Part shown: one piece after another, positions 36,655 to 45,925 of the stretch
Numbering within the stretch: the first letter of the stretch is position 1
How the letters are laid out: every line of letters begins with the position of its first letter
Virus record (IMG/VR): IMGVR_UViG_3300014206_000001
Location: 2,645-66,644 of that record
Source of the DNA: a virus
Lineage: Duplodnaviria; Caudoviricetes
Strand: one strand, 5' to 3'
Length of the DNA: 64,000 bases
Translations under genes and position numbers: made by a program
Notes under the pieces: model-generated
Databases searched by the model: none
What the model was told of the DNA's origin: nothing
Seen by the model: only the letters and a program-made list of their open reading frames with translations

Positions 36655-37160
36655 TTTTCTGGTTTATAAAATGGAATATTTGGGATATTGTAAATCTTTC
36701 TTGCTTCGATTAAATCTCTGTGATTTGCTATACGATATTTACCATCTTCACACAATACTGTTTTTACTTTGAAGAATTTAGGGAAGAAATTATTGTAGTG
36801 GTCTTCTTTTATTTCTACAAAATACGGGACATCATAAGGTTTATGTTTTCCATTTTCATCAAGCATTGCCCCAGCAATGAAAGATTTGTAATATCCGTTT
36901 TTTTCTTTTGTTCTGAGAATCTTACTGTATTTTTTACAAGTAGTCATATCAGCAACAGGATTCGCCCATAAATCAAGTCTATTTGGATCAACGCAAATAT
37001 TACCATAAGGTAAATCATTGAGCAAATTACCCAATCCTTTTAAACTCAATCCCATTCTTCTTGCTAAATGCAAAATTATAGAAGCTCCTTTTCCAAGTTC
37101 GTTATTTTCAGTGATTCCCAGAAACCAATAAATTATTTTTATTTTATTTTTTAATTTCAT
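36651..37160 (-). CDS. Hypothetical protein
   Basis: Coupled ORF. Confidence 0.6.
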   Translation of the reverse strand: MKLKNKIKIIYWFLGITENNELGKGASIILHLARRMGLSLKGLGNLLNDLPYGNICVDPNRLDLWANPVADMTTCKKYSKILRTKEKNGYYKSFIAGAMLDENGKHKPYDVPYFVEIKEDHYNNFFPKFFKVKTVLCEDGKYRIANHRDLIEARKIYNIPNIPFYKPEK

Positions 37161-37686
37161 CTTTATATTTTTTAAGTGTTTCCATCATGTCATCAGGTAT
37201 AACATAAAAGTTCTCTAATTCAGCGATAGTGTGGTCTTTTATGTATTTCTTAGCACTCTCCATTTTATCTTCTGTTAGTGGAGTTTTTGAAGATTCTACT
37301 TTTTTAGGTTTTGGTTGTGGCTGTGTCGCTGGTATTTTTGAGATTCTTAAACCCATCATATTTCCACCATCTTGAATATCTCTTGTCTCTTCCTGAGTTA
37401 ATCTTACAGGAAAATCTTTGACAAGATTAATGTACGGTGTTTTTGCTAACTTGCCTATTCTCTTCCTGTTAGTAGCATTTAAGATTATAGGTAGTTTGGT
37501 GTATGGGTTTGACTTAAAATACGCCACCCAAGTATTAGTTTCTTTTCTACCTGATACAAATTCTTCTTCTTTGTACTCTATATGGTCAATAACAATATAA
37601 GGTATGTCTTTACCATTTGGCAACATTTCACACCCCGCATGAGTTAATTTACCACCTGTTCTGTAATGTATTCCTTTTTCTGTCAT
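37144..37686 (-). CDS. Putative ssDNA-binding/annealing partner of YqaJ
   Basis: PIILNATNRKRI..VRL..GLRI pattern recalled from exonuclease-linked phage proteins; K/P-rich linker. Confidence 0.45.
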   Translation of the reverse strand: MTEKGIHYRTGGKLTHAGCEMLPNGKDIPYIVIDHIEYKEEEFVSGRKETNTWVAYFKSNPYTKLPIILNATNRKRIGKLAKTPYINLVKDFPVRLTQEETRDIQDGGNMMGLRISKIPATQPQPKPKKVESSKTPLTEDKMESAKKYIKDHTIAELENFYVIPDDMMETLKKYKDEIKK

Positions 37687-37690
37687 GGTT

Positions 37691-37873
37691 TTATTTTTTA
37701 ATATAATATTTATGTTTCCCAATAATTACTGTTTCCCATATGTCTCCATTTGAGAGGTCTTTTTGTTTCTTGCCTCGTGAGAAATTTTCTGATGTTCCAT
37801 AGGATTCAATGTCAGTGAGTTTGCCTTCACTGACAAGCCTTTTAAACTCTTCGATAAAATCTACTCTTTCCAT
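37691..37873 (-). CDS. Hypothetical protein
   Basis: Tiled ORF. Confidence 0.55.
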   Translation of the reverse strand: MERVDFIEEFKRLVSEGKLTDIESYGTSENFSRGKKQKDLSNGDIWETVIIGKHKYYIKK

Positions 37874-38030
37874 TTTTTACTTTTTTAACGATTCATACCA
37901 ATCTCTCATTTCTATATCATCTCGCAATGTACTTTTCCCTTCTCCGCACATTTCTGTTAATAGAATTGATTTTTCAGCTACAACTTTTGGACTTAATGTT
38001 ATAGTTTTAAGAATGTTTTTAGGTTTTGCC

Positions 38031-38444
38031 TCAAACTTTTCCATCTTGTTTCCCTTTTAGTTTTTCCAACTCATCAACAGATTCTTCTGTTTTTTCTGAT
38101 AACACTTTTTCCTCAGCCAAAACAACCTTATCCTCTTTTTTAGATACTTTTGGAGTTTTGGGATTCATTTTTGCATCAACGGCTTTGTACAACATATCTG
38201 CTATGCCAACATCTTTTAACACCATTCGTGACATATGCGCCATCCTAGCGAGATAATCAATAGCTTTAAAATCTTTTTTCTCTGCTAAATAAGAGAAAAG
38301 CCCACATTCATAGCTACCCGTTGCGAATAATATCGCCCAATCTTTACCATAAGACTTCATTCTCAGTCCATCACAATCAATTGATACATTGATTATTTTC
38401 TCTTTTCCACGAGTTAAATCGTGATTAAACCGTTTCTTTTTCAT
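38031..38444 (-). CDS. Hypothetical protein
   Basis: First gene of the leftward block. Confidence 0.65.
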   Translation of the reverse strand: MKKKRFNHDLTRGKEKIINVSIDCDGLRMKSYGKDWAILFATGSYECGLFSYLAEKKDFKAIDYLARMAHMSRMVLKDVGIADMLYKAVDAKMNPKTPKVSKKEDKVVLAEEKVLSEKTEESVDELEKLKGKQDGKV

Positions 38445-38469
38445 ATATTTGTTTTTAAATTATAAAGCC

Positions 38470-38524
38470 AAAAGTAATATATTATTAATTACTACGCAAA
38501 TAAAAAGTAATATATTATTAATTA
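38470..38524. promoter_or_regulatory. Tandem 22-bp operator-like repeat in the divergent intergenic region
   Basis: AAAAGTAATATATTATTAATTA at 38470 and 38503; each copy contains the palindrome TAATATATTA. Confidence 0.6.
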
Positions 38525-38541
38525 TTTTTAATAATAATAAA

Positions 38542-40065
38542 ATGAAAATGAAAGGATACCTATCTAAACCTTTATGGATTAGACGATTGCCTAATCCACA
38601 AAGCAAACCTGTAGAGGCTACTAATAGTTCTATGACAGGAACGATGTCTCTTGATAGTTTTAATTGTATGGGTTTTACGCAATCCAATTTTGCAGATGAA
38701 TTAAATCCCACTAGTCATAAAATAAATTGTGCAGAATATCGGTCATATAGAAAGAAGTGGAAAACGAACAAAGAAACACAAAAAGTTGAATTTGATGGAT
38801 GGGAAGATGTAGTTCGTACTCCGTTTGGACTACAGATGGGAATATTAAGACATAAAGTAAAACATACTTTTGGCAATGATATTCAGTTTTCGTCAGAAGG
38901 CGACGAAAAGGATGATGAACTTGTGGCAAAGTTTAGTTCGCAATGGAGTATCTCTGGAATGACCGATGCCTTAAATGTGTGGGGTACATCAGCATTCAGC
39001 ACAGGAGATGCTGCCATGTATCTATATATAAAAAATAAACAAATAGAATATAAGGTTTTTTCATATAGTGATGGCGATGTATTTAATATGACTAAAGACG
39101 AGAATGGCGAAGATCTTTTTATACGTTTGTTTGCTGTTAATGGAATTACTTTTATAGAAACATATGGATCGACAGATGTAAAATTATGGGTGGAAGATAG
39201 GATAAGGAAAGAAGGTGATCCATCAAGAAATTTTGAGAGGACTGTAAAATCATTAGGTGGGAATATACAGGGCAAAAAAAATGATGATGGATATATAGAA
39301 CTAAAATCAGACCAGCATGGATTGAAACATTGTCCAGTTATATATCATAGAGAGAAGGATGTATGCTGGGGATTAGGACAACCTATTATGGACAACATTG
39401 ATAAAATATTATCTGACTTAGGTGAGAATAATAAATACTATGCTTATCAGATATTATTTTTAACAGGTGGTGTCATAAATCTTCCCGCAGCAGAAGGAAT
39501 GGGTAAAGTTCTTGGATCAAAAACAGATAAAGGTGATGCTAAAATACTGGAACCTGCTGATGCGAGTAATACATTTACTATTGAACTTGAAAAGAACCTT
39601 GACTTATTGTGGGAAACTGTAGGAATAATCAACCTTGAACCTAAAGACATGAGTGGTGGTGATTATTCCGGATCTTTCATTAGAAATTTATATTGGAGAG
39701 AAACACAATGGTCTACAAATAAAATAGCAGAAATGAGACCTGCATTAAGAGCTATCGTAATGCAGTTCAAAGAACTGGTAGGGATAATCGAAGGTAATAT
39801 TCTCGGATATGACAGTATGAAAATGTCCTTTAAATTAGAACCATGTATTCCTAAAAACGTTTACGAAGAAGTTCAAACTGTGGTTCTTGCTGCACAGGCG
39901 AAAGTAAAATCTATCAAAACAGCTTCGGGTGAGATAACTTCCAATAATGCACACGAATACGAAAGAATACAGGCAGAAGCAAAAGATGCTGCTGATGCTG
40001 AGGCTAAAATAACCGCTGATGCCGCTGATGCTGCTGCAAATACAACTGAAACAACTACAAAATGA
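38542..40065 (+). CDS. Portal protein (SPP1-like)
   Basis: About 507 aa; HTFGNDI, TGDAAMYLY, HCPVIYHR..WGLGQ..IDKILSDL, SGSFIRNLY, KTASGE. Confidence 0.8.
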   Translation: MKMKGYLSKPLWIRRLPNPQSKPVEATNSSMTGTMSLDSFNCMGFTQSNFADELNPTSHKINCAEYRSYRKKWKTNKETQKVEFDGWEDVVRTPFGLQMGILRHKVKHTFGNDIQFSSEGDEKDDELVAKFSSQWSISGMTDALNVWGTSAFSTGDAAMYLYIKNKQIEYKVFSYSDGDVFNMTKDENGEDLFIRLFAVNGITFIETYGSTDVKLWVEDRIRKEGDPSRNFERTVKSLGGNIQGKKNDDGYIELKSDQHGLKHCPVIYHREKDVCWGLGQPIMDNIDKILSDLGENNKYYAYQILFLTGGVINLPAAEGMGKVLGSKTDKGDAKILEPADASNTFTIELEKNLDLLWETVGIINLEPKDMSGGDYSGSFIRNLYWRETQWSTNKIAEMRPALRAIVMQFKELVGIIEGNILGYDSMKMSFKLEPCIPKNVYEEVQTVVLAAQAKVKSIKTASGEITSNNAHEYERIQAEAKDAADAEAKITADAADAAANTTETTTK

Positions 40066-41540
40066 AATTATCGAAAACAAACAGAGACGTAGCTAAAATG
40101 GAAGTACAGGCTCCAAAAGCTCCTATTGTCTCTAAAACAAAACCATCAATTTTTGTCTGTATATTTAACTATAATAAAAACGAAAATGCTTTAAGGTGGC
40201 AGAATTTACTTAAAAAAGATTTCCATGTCGTGATATTTGATTCAGGGTCTGATAAACCTTGTCCTATGGCTATTAGTTATGAGAATATCTATTATGGTGG
40301 AATGTTTAATGAAGCTATAAAGAAATCTACTCATTACGATTGGTGCTGCATTATTACTTCTGATGTATTGATAAATGACAACAATGCGACAAGGTTAATT
40401 GGAATGATGAAAAACGTTGCTAATATGCCTGCCGTGGGTAACTATCAGCCATCATGTGACGTTAAAGGTAGATCTCATTCATTTGGATATAATAAGCGCA
40501 CAGGAACGCTAAGAACAGTTCCTTATATGGAAGGATGGTTCCAGATGTTTAGAACGAAATTGGGATTTAATCTTCCATTAGATATAAATAGAATAGGTTG
40601 GGGTACAGATATGTATCTTTGTAAAAAAGCATTGGCAGCTAAATTGGTCAATGTGGTTGATGATACTATTGTAGTTTTCCACCCAAAAGAATCAGGTTTT
40701 GATAACAATATAGCTAAACAGCAAATGGACAAATGGACTACTACATTACCTGACTGGGAAAATAAAATAAAAATAGGCATGGCTATTAACGTCTTTGAAG
40801 GCTCCGAACACATAAGCGATATAATCAGCGAAATACGGAGCCTTGTAGACGTGGTAGTCGTGCTTTTTCAAAAAGAAAGTTATACAGGATTGTCTGCTGA
40901 TGAAGAAGATATATCTCAAATAAAGCTATTAAAAGAAAAAGGACTTGTTGATGATATTGTAGAGTTCAATAGAATACCTTATATGAATGCACGTGAACAA
41001 GAAACTATTAAACGTAACCAAGGAATGGCTTATCTCGAAACTAAGGGATGCGATTATTCTATTATTATTGATTCTGATGAATTTTATGATAAAAGCGAAT
41101 TTGCAGGAGCCAAAGAATATGTCCGCAAATATCTTCCTGATGCAACCTATTGTTACTACACTAATTTCTATAAAGATAAACAACATATACTTGTAGATGA
41201 TTGTTATAATGTTCAACGAGGTGTTCCATTTCTTTGTAGATCAGGATTGAGGTTTAAATTCAATATGAGATTAAATATACCTTCTGATGCTACACGTAGG
41301 ATTGATTCTAATGGCATAATGTTTCTTCCAAAACAAGCTATTCAGATGTATCATTTATCATGGGTAAGAAAAGACATTCATAAAAAAATGAGGTCTTGGT
41401 CTTCCTCTGCATGGTTTACTGATGACGAGAAAAAAGCTATGATAAAATCATGGGAAACGTTTGATGGTACACAGGAATATGTAACCGTTCCACATAAAAT
41501 ATGTAATAATAAAGTAAAAGTTGTGAAAATAAATCAATAA
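40062..41540 (+). CDS. Two-domain GT-A (GT2-like) glycosyltransferase
   Basis: N-domain IITSDVLI..GWGTD; C-domain INVFEGSE..KRNQG..IIIDSDEFY..MYHLSWVR; ATGA-coupled to the portal. Confidence 0.75.
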   Translation: MKLSKTNRDVAKMEVQAPKAPIVSKTKPSIFVCIFNYNKNENALRWQNLLKKDFHVVIFDSGSDKPCPMAISYENIYYGGMFNEAIKKSTHYDWCCIITSDVLINDNNATRLIGMMKNVANMPAVGNYQPSCDVKGRSHSFGYNKRTGTLRTVPYMEGWFQMFRTKLGFNLPLDINRIGWGTDMYLCKKALAAKLVNVVDDTIVVFHPKESGFDNNIAKQQMDKWTTTLPDWENKIKIGMAINVFEGSEHISDIISEIRSLVDVVVVLFQKESYTGLSADEEDISQIKLLKEKGLVDDIVEFNRIPYMNAREQETIKRNQGMAYLETKGCDYSIIIDSDEFYDKSEFAGAKEYVRKYLPDATYCYYTNFYKDKQHILVDDCYNVQRGVPFLCRSGLRFKFNMRLNIPSDATRRIDSNGIMFLPKQAIQMYHLSWVRKDIHKKMRSWSSSAWFTDDEKKAMIKSWETFDGTQEYVTVPHKICNNKVKVVKINQ

Positions 41541-41543
41541 TTA

Positions 41544-41574
41544 TTTGTTATTTGTTATTTTTGTTTTACATTTG
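41544..41574 (+). promoter_or_regulatory. Bacteroidota promoter for the second accessory cluster
   Basis: TTTG-N19-TACATTTG. Confidence 0.75.
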
Positions 41575-41596
41575 TAAAAATAAATAATAAATAATT

Positions 41597-41881
41597 ATGA
41601 AAAAGCAAAGAACAGCATCAGAATTTAAAAAAGCAGTAGAACTATATGGTATAAAAAGATGGCACATACATTTCTGCTGTCTTTGTGGGTATGATTGTGG
41701 ATATAGGTTTATAGATGGGAAAGTTTTTTATGACAATGGATGTGATTGTGGATGGATTAATCCTAAGCCTAAATTACACGAAAGGACATGGGAGGATGTG
41801 GCTTACCAATATAACATACAAGATGATGAAAAAGTAATAGCAACAATGGATAAATTCTTTGGGTTTGGGATTAATAAATAA
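41597..41881 (+). CDS. Cys-rich (Zn-binding) hypothetical protein
   Basis: HFCCLCGYDCGY..GCDCG. Confidence 0.65.
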   Translation: MKKQRTASEFKKAVELYGIKRWHIHFCCLCGYDCGYRFIDGKVFYDNGCDCGWINPKPKLHERTWEDVAYQYNIQDDEKVIATMDKFFGFGINK

Positions 41882-41894
41882 ATAACAAATAATT

Positions 41895-42143
41895 ATGGAG
41901 CAAATAAAACTAAAAGACAGATTTACAGAGGATTTTTTTGAAGAATTTCAGTATGACCCATTATTCAGAAGTGTTTTTAACGCACTACGTATGGGTGCAT
42001 CTCCTTATAGGGTTATAGAAAATTTATGCAAAGGCATGAAAGAAACAACAAATACCCTTAGAGAGGTTATTGAAAATACCCCCAAAAAAGTAATAGTAAC
42101 AACTGAGGCATTTGAAAGACTAAAAAAGGAAGCTGAAAAATGA
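41895..42143 (+). CDS. Hypothetical protein
   Basis: Tiled ORF. Confidence 0.6.
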   Translation: MEQIKLKDRFTEDFFEEFQYDPLFRSVFNALRMGASPYRVIENLCKGMKETTNTLREVIENTPKKVIVTTEAFERLKKEAEK

Positions 42144-42313
42144 AAATCATAAAACAAATATTAGAATTTATATTTGAGTCTATAGCTGCTATCTTCTTTT
42201 TTATGATGGTTATTATATGTATAGGTATAGTAACATTATTAGGGGTTCATATTGCAGGAGGAGCAATAGGTCTTGTGTATTTTGGTATTAAATATTTAAT
42301 TAAAATGTTATGA
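42140..42313 (+). CDS. Small two-TM membrane protein (57 aa, absent from ORF track)
   Basis: ATGA overlaps at both ends; hydrophobic. Confidence 0.6.
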   Translation: MKIIKQILEFIFESIAAIFFFMMVIICIGIVTLLGVHIAGGAIGLVYFGIKYLIKML

Positions 42314-42696
42314 ATAAATGTAAATGGAGTATTTTCAAATTTGGATATTATTTTCAATATACAGAAGATAATAAGTTTCAAATATTAGGCAAAAACGAAG
42401 AAGGACAATGGACAGATAAATTGATATACAGGAATAGTATTGATCCTCAGCCTTTAACCTTGCATAATATCATTGCAGTTTCGTTATGTTTTTTATTCGG
42501 ACACAAAATAAGCAAATATACAGATTCAGGTGCACATATCTGTGAAAGATGTCGTGCGCATGAAGGTTATGACACAGAAAACAATAGTGGCAAGTGGGAT
42601 AATGCAGGTTATTTATTACAGCCATACTATTGGTTAATACGGAAATATGAGGATATAGTTTTTAAAATAAAAGATAAGAATAAACTTCCTTTTTAA
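42310..42696 (+). CDS. Hypothetical protein
   Basis: Tiled ORF; CFLFGH..HICERC. Confidence 0.6.
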   Translation: MNKCKWSIFKFGYYFQYTEDNKFQILGKNEEGQWTDKLIYRNSIDPQPLTLHNIIAVSLCFLFGHKISKYTDSGAHICERCRAHEGYDTENNSGKWDNAGYLLQPYYWLIRKYEDIVFKIKDKNKLPF

Positions 42697-42706
42697 ATAA
42701 ATAGTT

Positions 42707-42940
42707 ATGAAACAAAGTATAAAAATAGAACAAGAAATTTTTTATGCTTTTTTAAAAAAACATAGAGCCTACAGAAGATGGAAGAGACTAAATGAATTAA
42801 ATGTTAATAGTATAGAATCTGTTAATATACACAATTATGTTTCTTCAACAATTAACTGGTCAAGTGAAAACGTAATGTTTTGGAAAAAATTAGATGATGA
42901 GTGGGAAAATTTTTTGAAATCCATAAAGGAGAAAATTTAG
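42707..42940 (+). CDS. Trp-rich small protein, paralog of 16362..16574
   Basis: Shared motif pattern. Confidence 0.65.
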   Translation: MKQSIKIEQEIFYAFLKKHRAYRRWKRLNELNVNSIESVNIHNYVSSTINWSSENVMFWKKLDDEWENFLKSIKEKI

Positions 42941-42947
42941 ATAAACA

Positions 42948-43187
42948 ATGATAATTATGAAACAATTAGAATTATTAGAACAAGAATTAGCGATGGTGCA
43001 AGAGAACATCATCAGAGTTAAAGAGTATGTGAAAGAGCAAAAGTACTTAGATGAAATAAGTAAAAGTAATTATAAGACTTACAGGTATAATTCACTTGTA
43101 GTTGGGGAGTTAAAACACAGACTGACTGCTTTGAAACAAAGAATTACGTTGGTGGGGAAAATTTCTACTCATGGATTATTTGAATAA
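42948..43187 (+). CDS. Coiled-coil hypothetical protein
   Basis: Tiled ORF. Confidence 0.55.
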   Translation: MIIMKQLELLEQELAMVQENIIRVKEYVKEQKYLDEISKSNYKTYRYNSLVVGELKHRLTALKQRITLVGKISTHGLFE

Positions 43188-43189
43188 TT

Positions 43190-43399
43190 ATGAAACCCAA
43201 CGACCCGATTCACGACATCAAGGGTATGTTTGTATCCCACAAATGTGGTATGCACAACGAAAACGAATTGATTATTAATGAGGATACTTATAGTTTAATA
43301 CTCAAAAAAATCAATTGCAAAAGAGATAAAGAGTTAATGGACAAATACAATAATAAATATCCAGACTGCAAAATAGATAGAATAATTATTATAAAATAA
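43190..43399 (+). CDS. Hypothetical protein
   Basis: Tiled ORF. Confidence 0.5.
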   Translation: MKPNDPIHDIKGMFVSHKCGMHNENELIINEDTYSLILKKINCKRDKELMDKYNNKYPDCKIDRIIIIK

Positions 43400-43560
43400 C
43401 AAATTATGGATTTATTAGAAGACGAAGAAGAAAGAGTAGCCGCATACAAAGAAGGTTATAAAAAGGGTTTTGCTTTAGCTACTAAAATGTACGTTACCTT
43501 AATCGAAGCATTTAAAAAAAGTGTCATAGTAACTAATGAAAAAATACAAAACAACAATTC

Positions 43561-44286
43561 ATGAACACAATAACCAAATTCAGAAACATCCATAAAGGAG
43601 CTACAATAATAGTATTAGGCTCCGGTACGAGCTTAGATTTTTACAATAACTTCAATTTTTCTGACATAAAAACAATCGGAGTAAACATGATGTCAGAATT
43701 AATCCCTTGTGACTATGTCATTTTACATCATCATTCAATACTTAAAAGAGTTCAGGAGAAAGGTAATTATAAACATCTGTTTGTGAGTTTACACGACATC
43801 TGTCTTAATTCAAACGAAATAGTTCCAGACAGTGATGATTATTTTATTTACAACCATTGTAATCAAACTTTTGGTGCTACTAATTTTATGCCATTTGACG
43901 AACGATTTAGAAAAGTATATCCAAATTGCATTTTAACAGGCGGAAACACAGTAATAAACGCAATAGGATTAGCAGTTTACATGGGAGCAAAAAACATATT
44001 ATTAGCAGGTTGTGATGGTGGTGGTATTAATGGTAGGTCAAATGTCAAAGATTATTATCAAGAAGATAAACTTACTGTCAAAAAACAGATAAGGCATTCT
44101 GTAAGTTCTTTAGCTATGAATATGCAGATAAGATGTGAGCTACAAAAGATAGGCGTAAACCTAATGTCGTTAAGTCCATTTCTTGATTTTGATTTGGAAG
44201 GGAATAAGTTTTCTTCATTTAAGGATGAAGATAAAGATGAGTATTTTAGGAATATGTATGAAAAATATAAAATTAGAGAATGCTAA
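43561..44286 (+). CDS. Maf/DUF115 (MptE-like fold) putative glycosyltransferase
   Basis: KFRNIHKG..IVLGSGTSL..IGVN..NTVINAIGLAVYMGAKNILLAGCD. Confidence 0.75.
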   Translation: MNTITKFRNIHKGATIIVLGSGTSLDFYNNFNFSDIKTIGVNMMSELIPCDYVILHHHSILKRVQEKGNYKHLFVSLHDICLNSNEIVPDSDDYFIYNHCNQTFGATNFMPFDERFRKVYPNCILTGGNTVINAIGLAVYMGAKNILLAGCDGGGINGRSNVKDYYQEDKLTVKKQIRHSVSSLAMNMQIRCELQKIGVNLMSLSPFLDFDLEGNKFSSFKDEDKDEYFRNMYEKYKIREC

Positions 44287-44864
44287 AAATAATCTCAGTA
44301 ACATATAATCATCTTCATGAACTTGAAGTGTCTATAGGTTCATTCCTATTGCAAACAGACCCTAATTGGGAGCTATTAACCGTCCACGATGGAATAGTTC
44401 CAGAAACGGTTAAAACTATTGAATCTCGTTACAAAGATAAGCGTGTAAAATTTACAAACACGACAAAACGTAATGGAAAGTGGGGGCATATAAATAGGAA
44501 AATATATCTGAGCAAAATTAAGCCTAACAAAGATGATTGGGTTTTACTCACTAATTCTGATAATTATTACTGTCCTGAATTTGTTGAACAGATGATGAAT
44601 GTTGCAAAAAGAGAGAAGGCAGGGATAGTTACGTGTGATTGCATTCATAGTCATCTTCATTATAGACATCATCACAGTAGTTTAAAGATTGGTGGAATAG
44701 ATATGGGTGAATTTATAGTTCGTGCCGACATAGCTGTTAAGATTGGATTTAACCATACAGATTTTGCTGCTGACGGAATGTATGCTGTAGAGTGTGGGAA
44801 AGAGTGTGAGAAACAAGGACTACTCATGCACCATATCCCTTTAGCTTTATTTGTACATAATTAA
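44280..44864 (+). CDS. GT2-family glycosyltransferase
   Basis: IISVTYN..HDG..WGHINR..LTNSDNYY..IDMG.FIVR..AADG. Confidence 0.8.
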   Translation: MLKIISVTYNHLHELEVSIGSFLLQTDPNWELLTVHDGIVPETVKTIESRYKDKRVKFTNTTKRNGKWGHINRKIYLSKIKPNKDDWVLLTNSDNYYCPEFVEQMMNVAKREKAGIVTCDCIHSHLHYRHHHSSLKIGGIDMGEFIVRADIAVKIGFNHTDFAADGMYAVECGKECEKQGLLMHHIPLALFVHN

Positions 44865-44874
44865 AAAATCAATA

Positions 44875-45186
44875 ATGGATATACTAAACCTATTAAAAGA
44901 TAAAAAAGAAGTCATTAGTTTTCTTTTACAAACGATAGAATCTAATGCTAAAATGAGTACAGGATTGAGAAGTATGATGCAGAAAAATGTCAGCAATGAT
45001 GTTAAAACTCAAAAACTCATAGAAGTAGTAGCTAATCAAAGCATACAAATTAAACACCTTTCCCTGTTATTATTAATATATACACAAGGTTCTAACTTTG
45101 ACAGCGATACAGCAACAATGATGATGAAAATGGGTAGAGGCGAAGAGGCTTTACAACAAATGTTTAAAAATAAAATGGAGGGGTAA
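44875..45186 (+). CDS. Hypothetical protein
   Basis: Tiled ORF. Confidence 0.6.
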   Translation: MDILNLLKDKKEVISFLLQTIESNAKMSTGLRSMMQKNVSNDVKTQKLIEVVANQSIQIKHLSLLLLIYTQGSNFDSDTATMMMKMGRGEEALQQMFKNKMEG

Positions 45187-45189
45187 ATT

Positions 45190-45921
45190 ATGAAAAAACA
45201 AGAAAACGCTAAAGACAGAAAGATCAGGAATCAGAGGAAAGAGATTGAGAGACTGAGTGAAGAAAACAAAAAACTAAAGGGTAAGACTTGTATTTTTGAT
45301 GGTCATACTTTTAATTTAGATTGGGAGATTAATGAGGGTAACACAGCCATAAGTGTTCCAAAAATAGAAGTTGGGTTTGAAGCCTTTTATATCCCCACTA
45401 AAGGAATGACAGAAAAATGTAAGAAGGCTATTGAAAAGGCTATTGATGATAACAAAAAAGTTCAGGATAAGGCTGTGTTTACTAATTGTCTTGGAGAAGA
45501 TTTTACAGAAGGATGGATGGTTAAAAACTTTTATTATTGTGTACGCAAATCAAATTTAAGAGTATATAAACTAAATGGGTTGAGTTATCAATTAAGAGGC
45601 AATGAATCTTGGTCTGAGTGCTTTAAGACTGAGGAATCAGCAGAAAAGTGGAAAGAACAATACAAAACTAATAAACTTAAAGATGGGTTTGTGTTTGATG
45701 AGGATGAGAAAGAATTTAGAGAATTGGGAATAGAAGAAATATCTTATAAAATAGACAGCCTTAATAGCCTTAATCATATTTATTCTTGTATCCCCAAAGA
45801 TTCTGTTCTTTATATTAGAACAATAAACGATATTCCTTTTGCTTTATTTTCTAATAGAGACACACAAACACATTGCATATCCGAAGAAGCCTTTATAAGA
45901 ATAATGAATAATAAAAAATAA
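45190..45921 (+). CDS. Hypothetical protein sharing a domain with 16835..17824
   Basis: See paralog motif. Confidence 0.65.
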   Translation: MKKQENAKDRKIRNQRKEIERLSEENKKLKGKTCIFDGHTFNLDWEINEGNTAISVPKIEVGFEAFYIPTKGMTEKCKKAIEKAIDDNKKVQDKAVFTNCLGEDFTEGWMVKNFYYCVRKSNLRVYKLNGLSYQLRGNESWSECFKTEESAEKWKEQYKTNKLKDGFVFDEDEKEFRELGIEEISYKIDSLNSLNHIYSCIPKDSVLYIRTINDIPFALFSNRDTQTHCISEEAFIRIMNNKK

Positions 45922-45925
45922 TATT

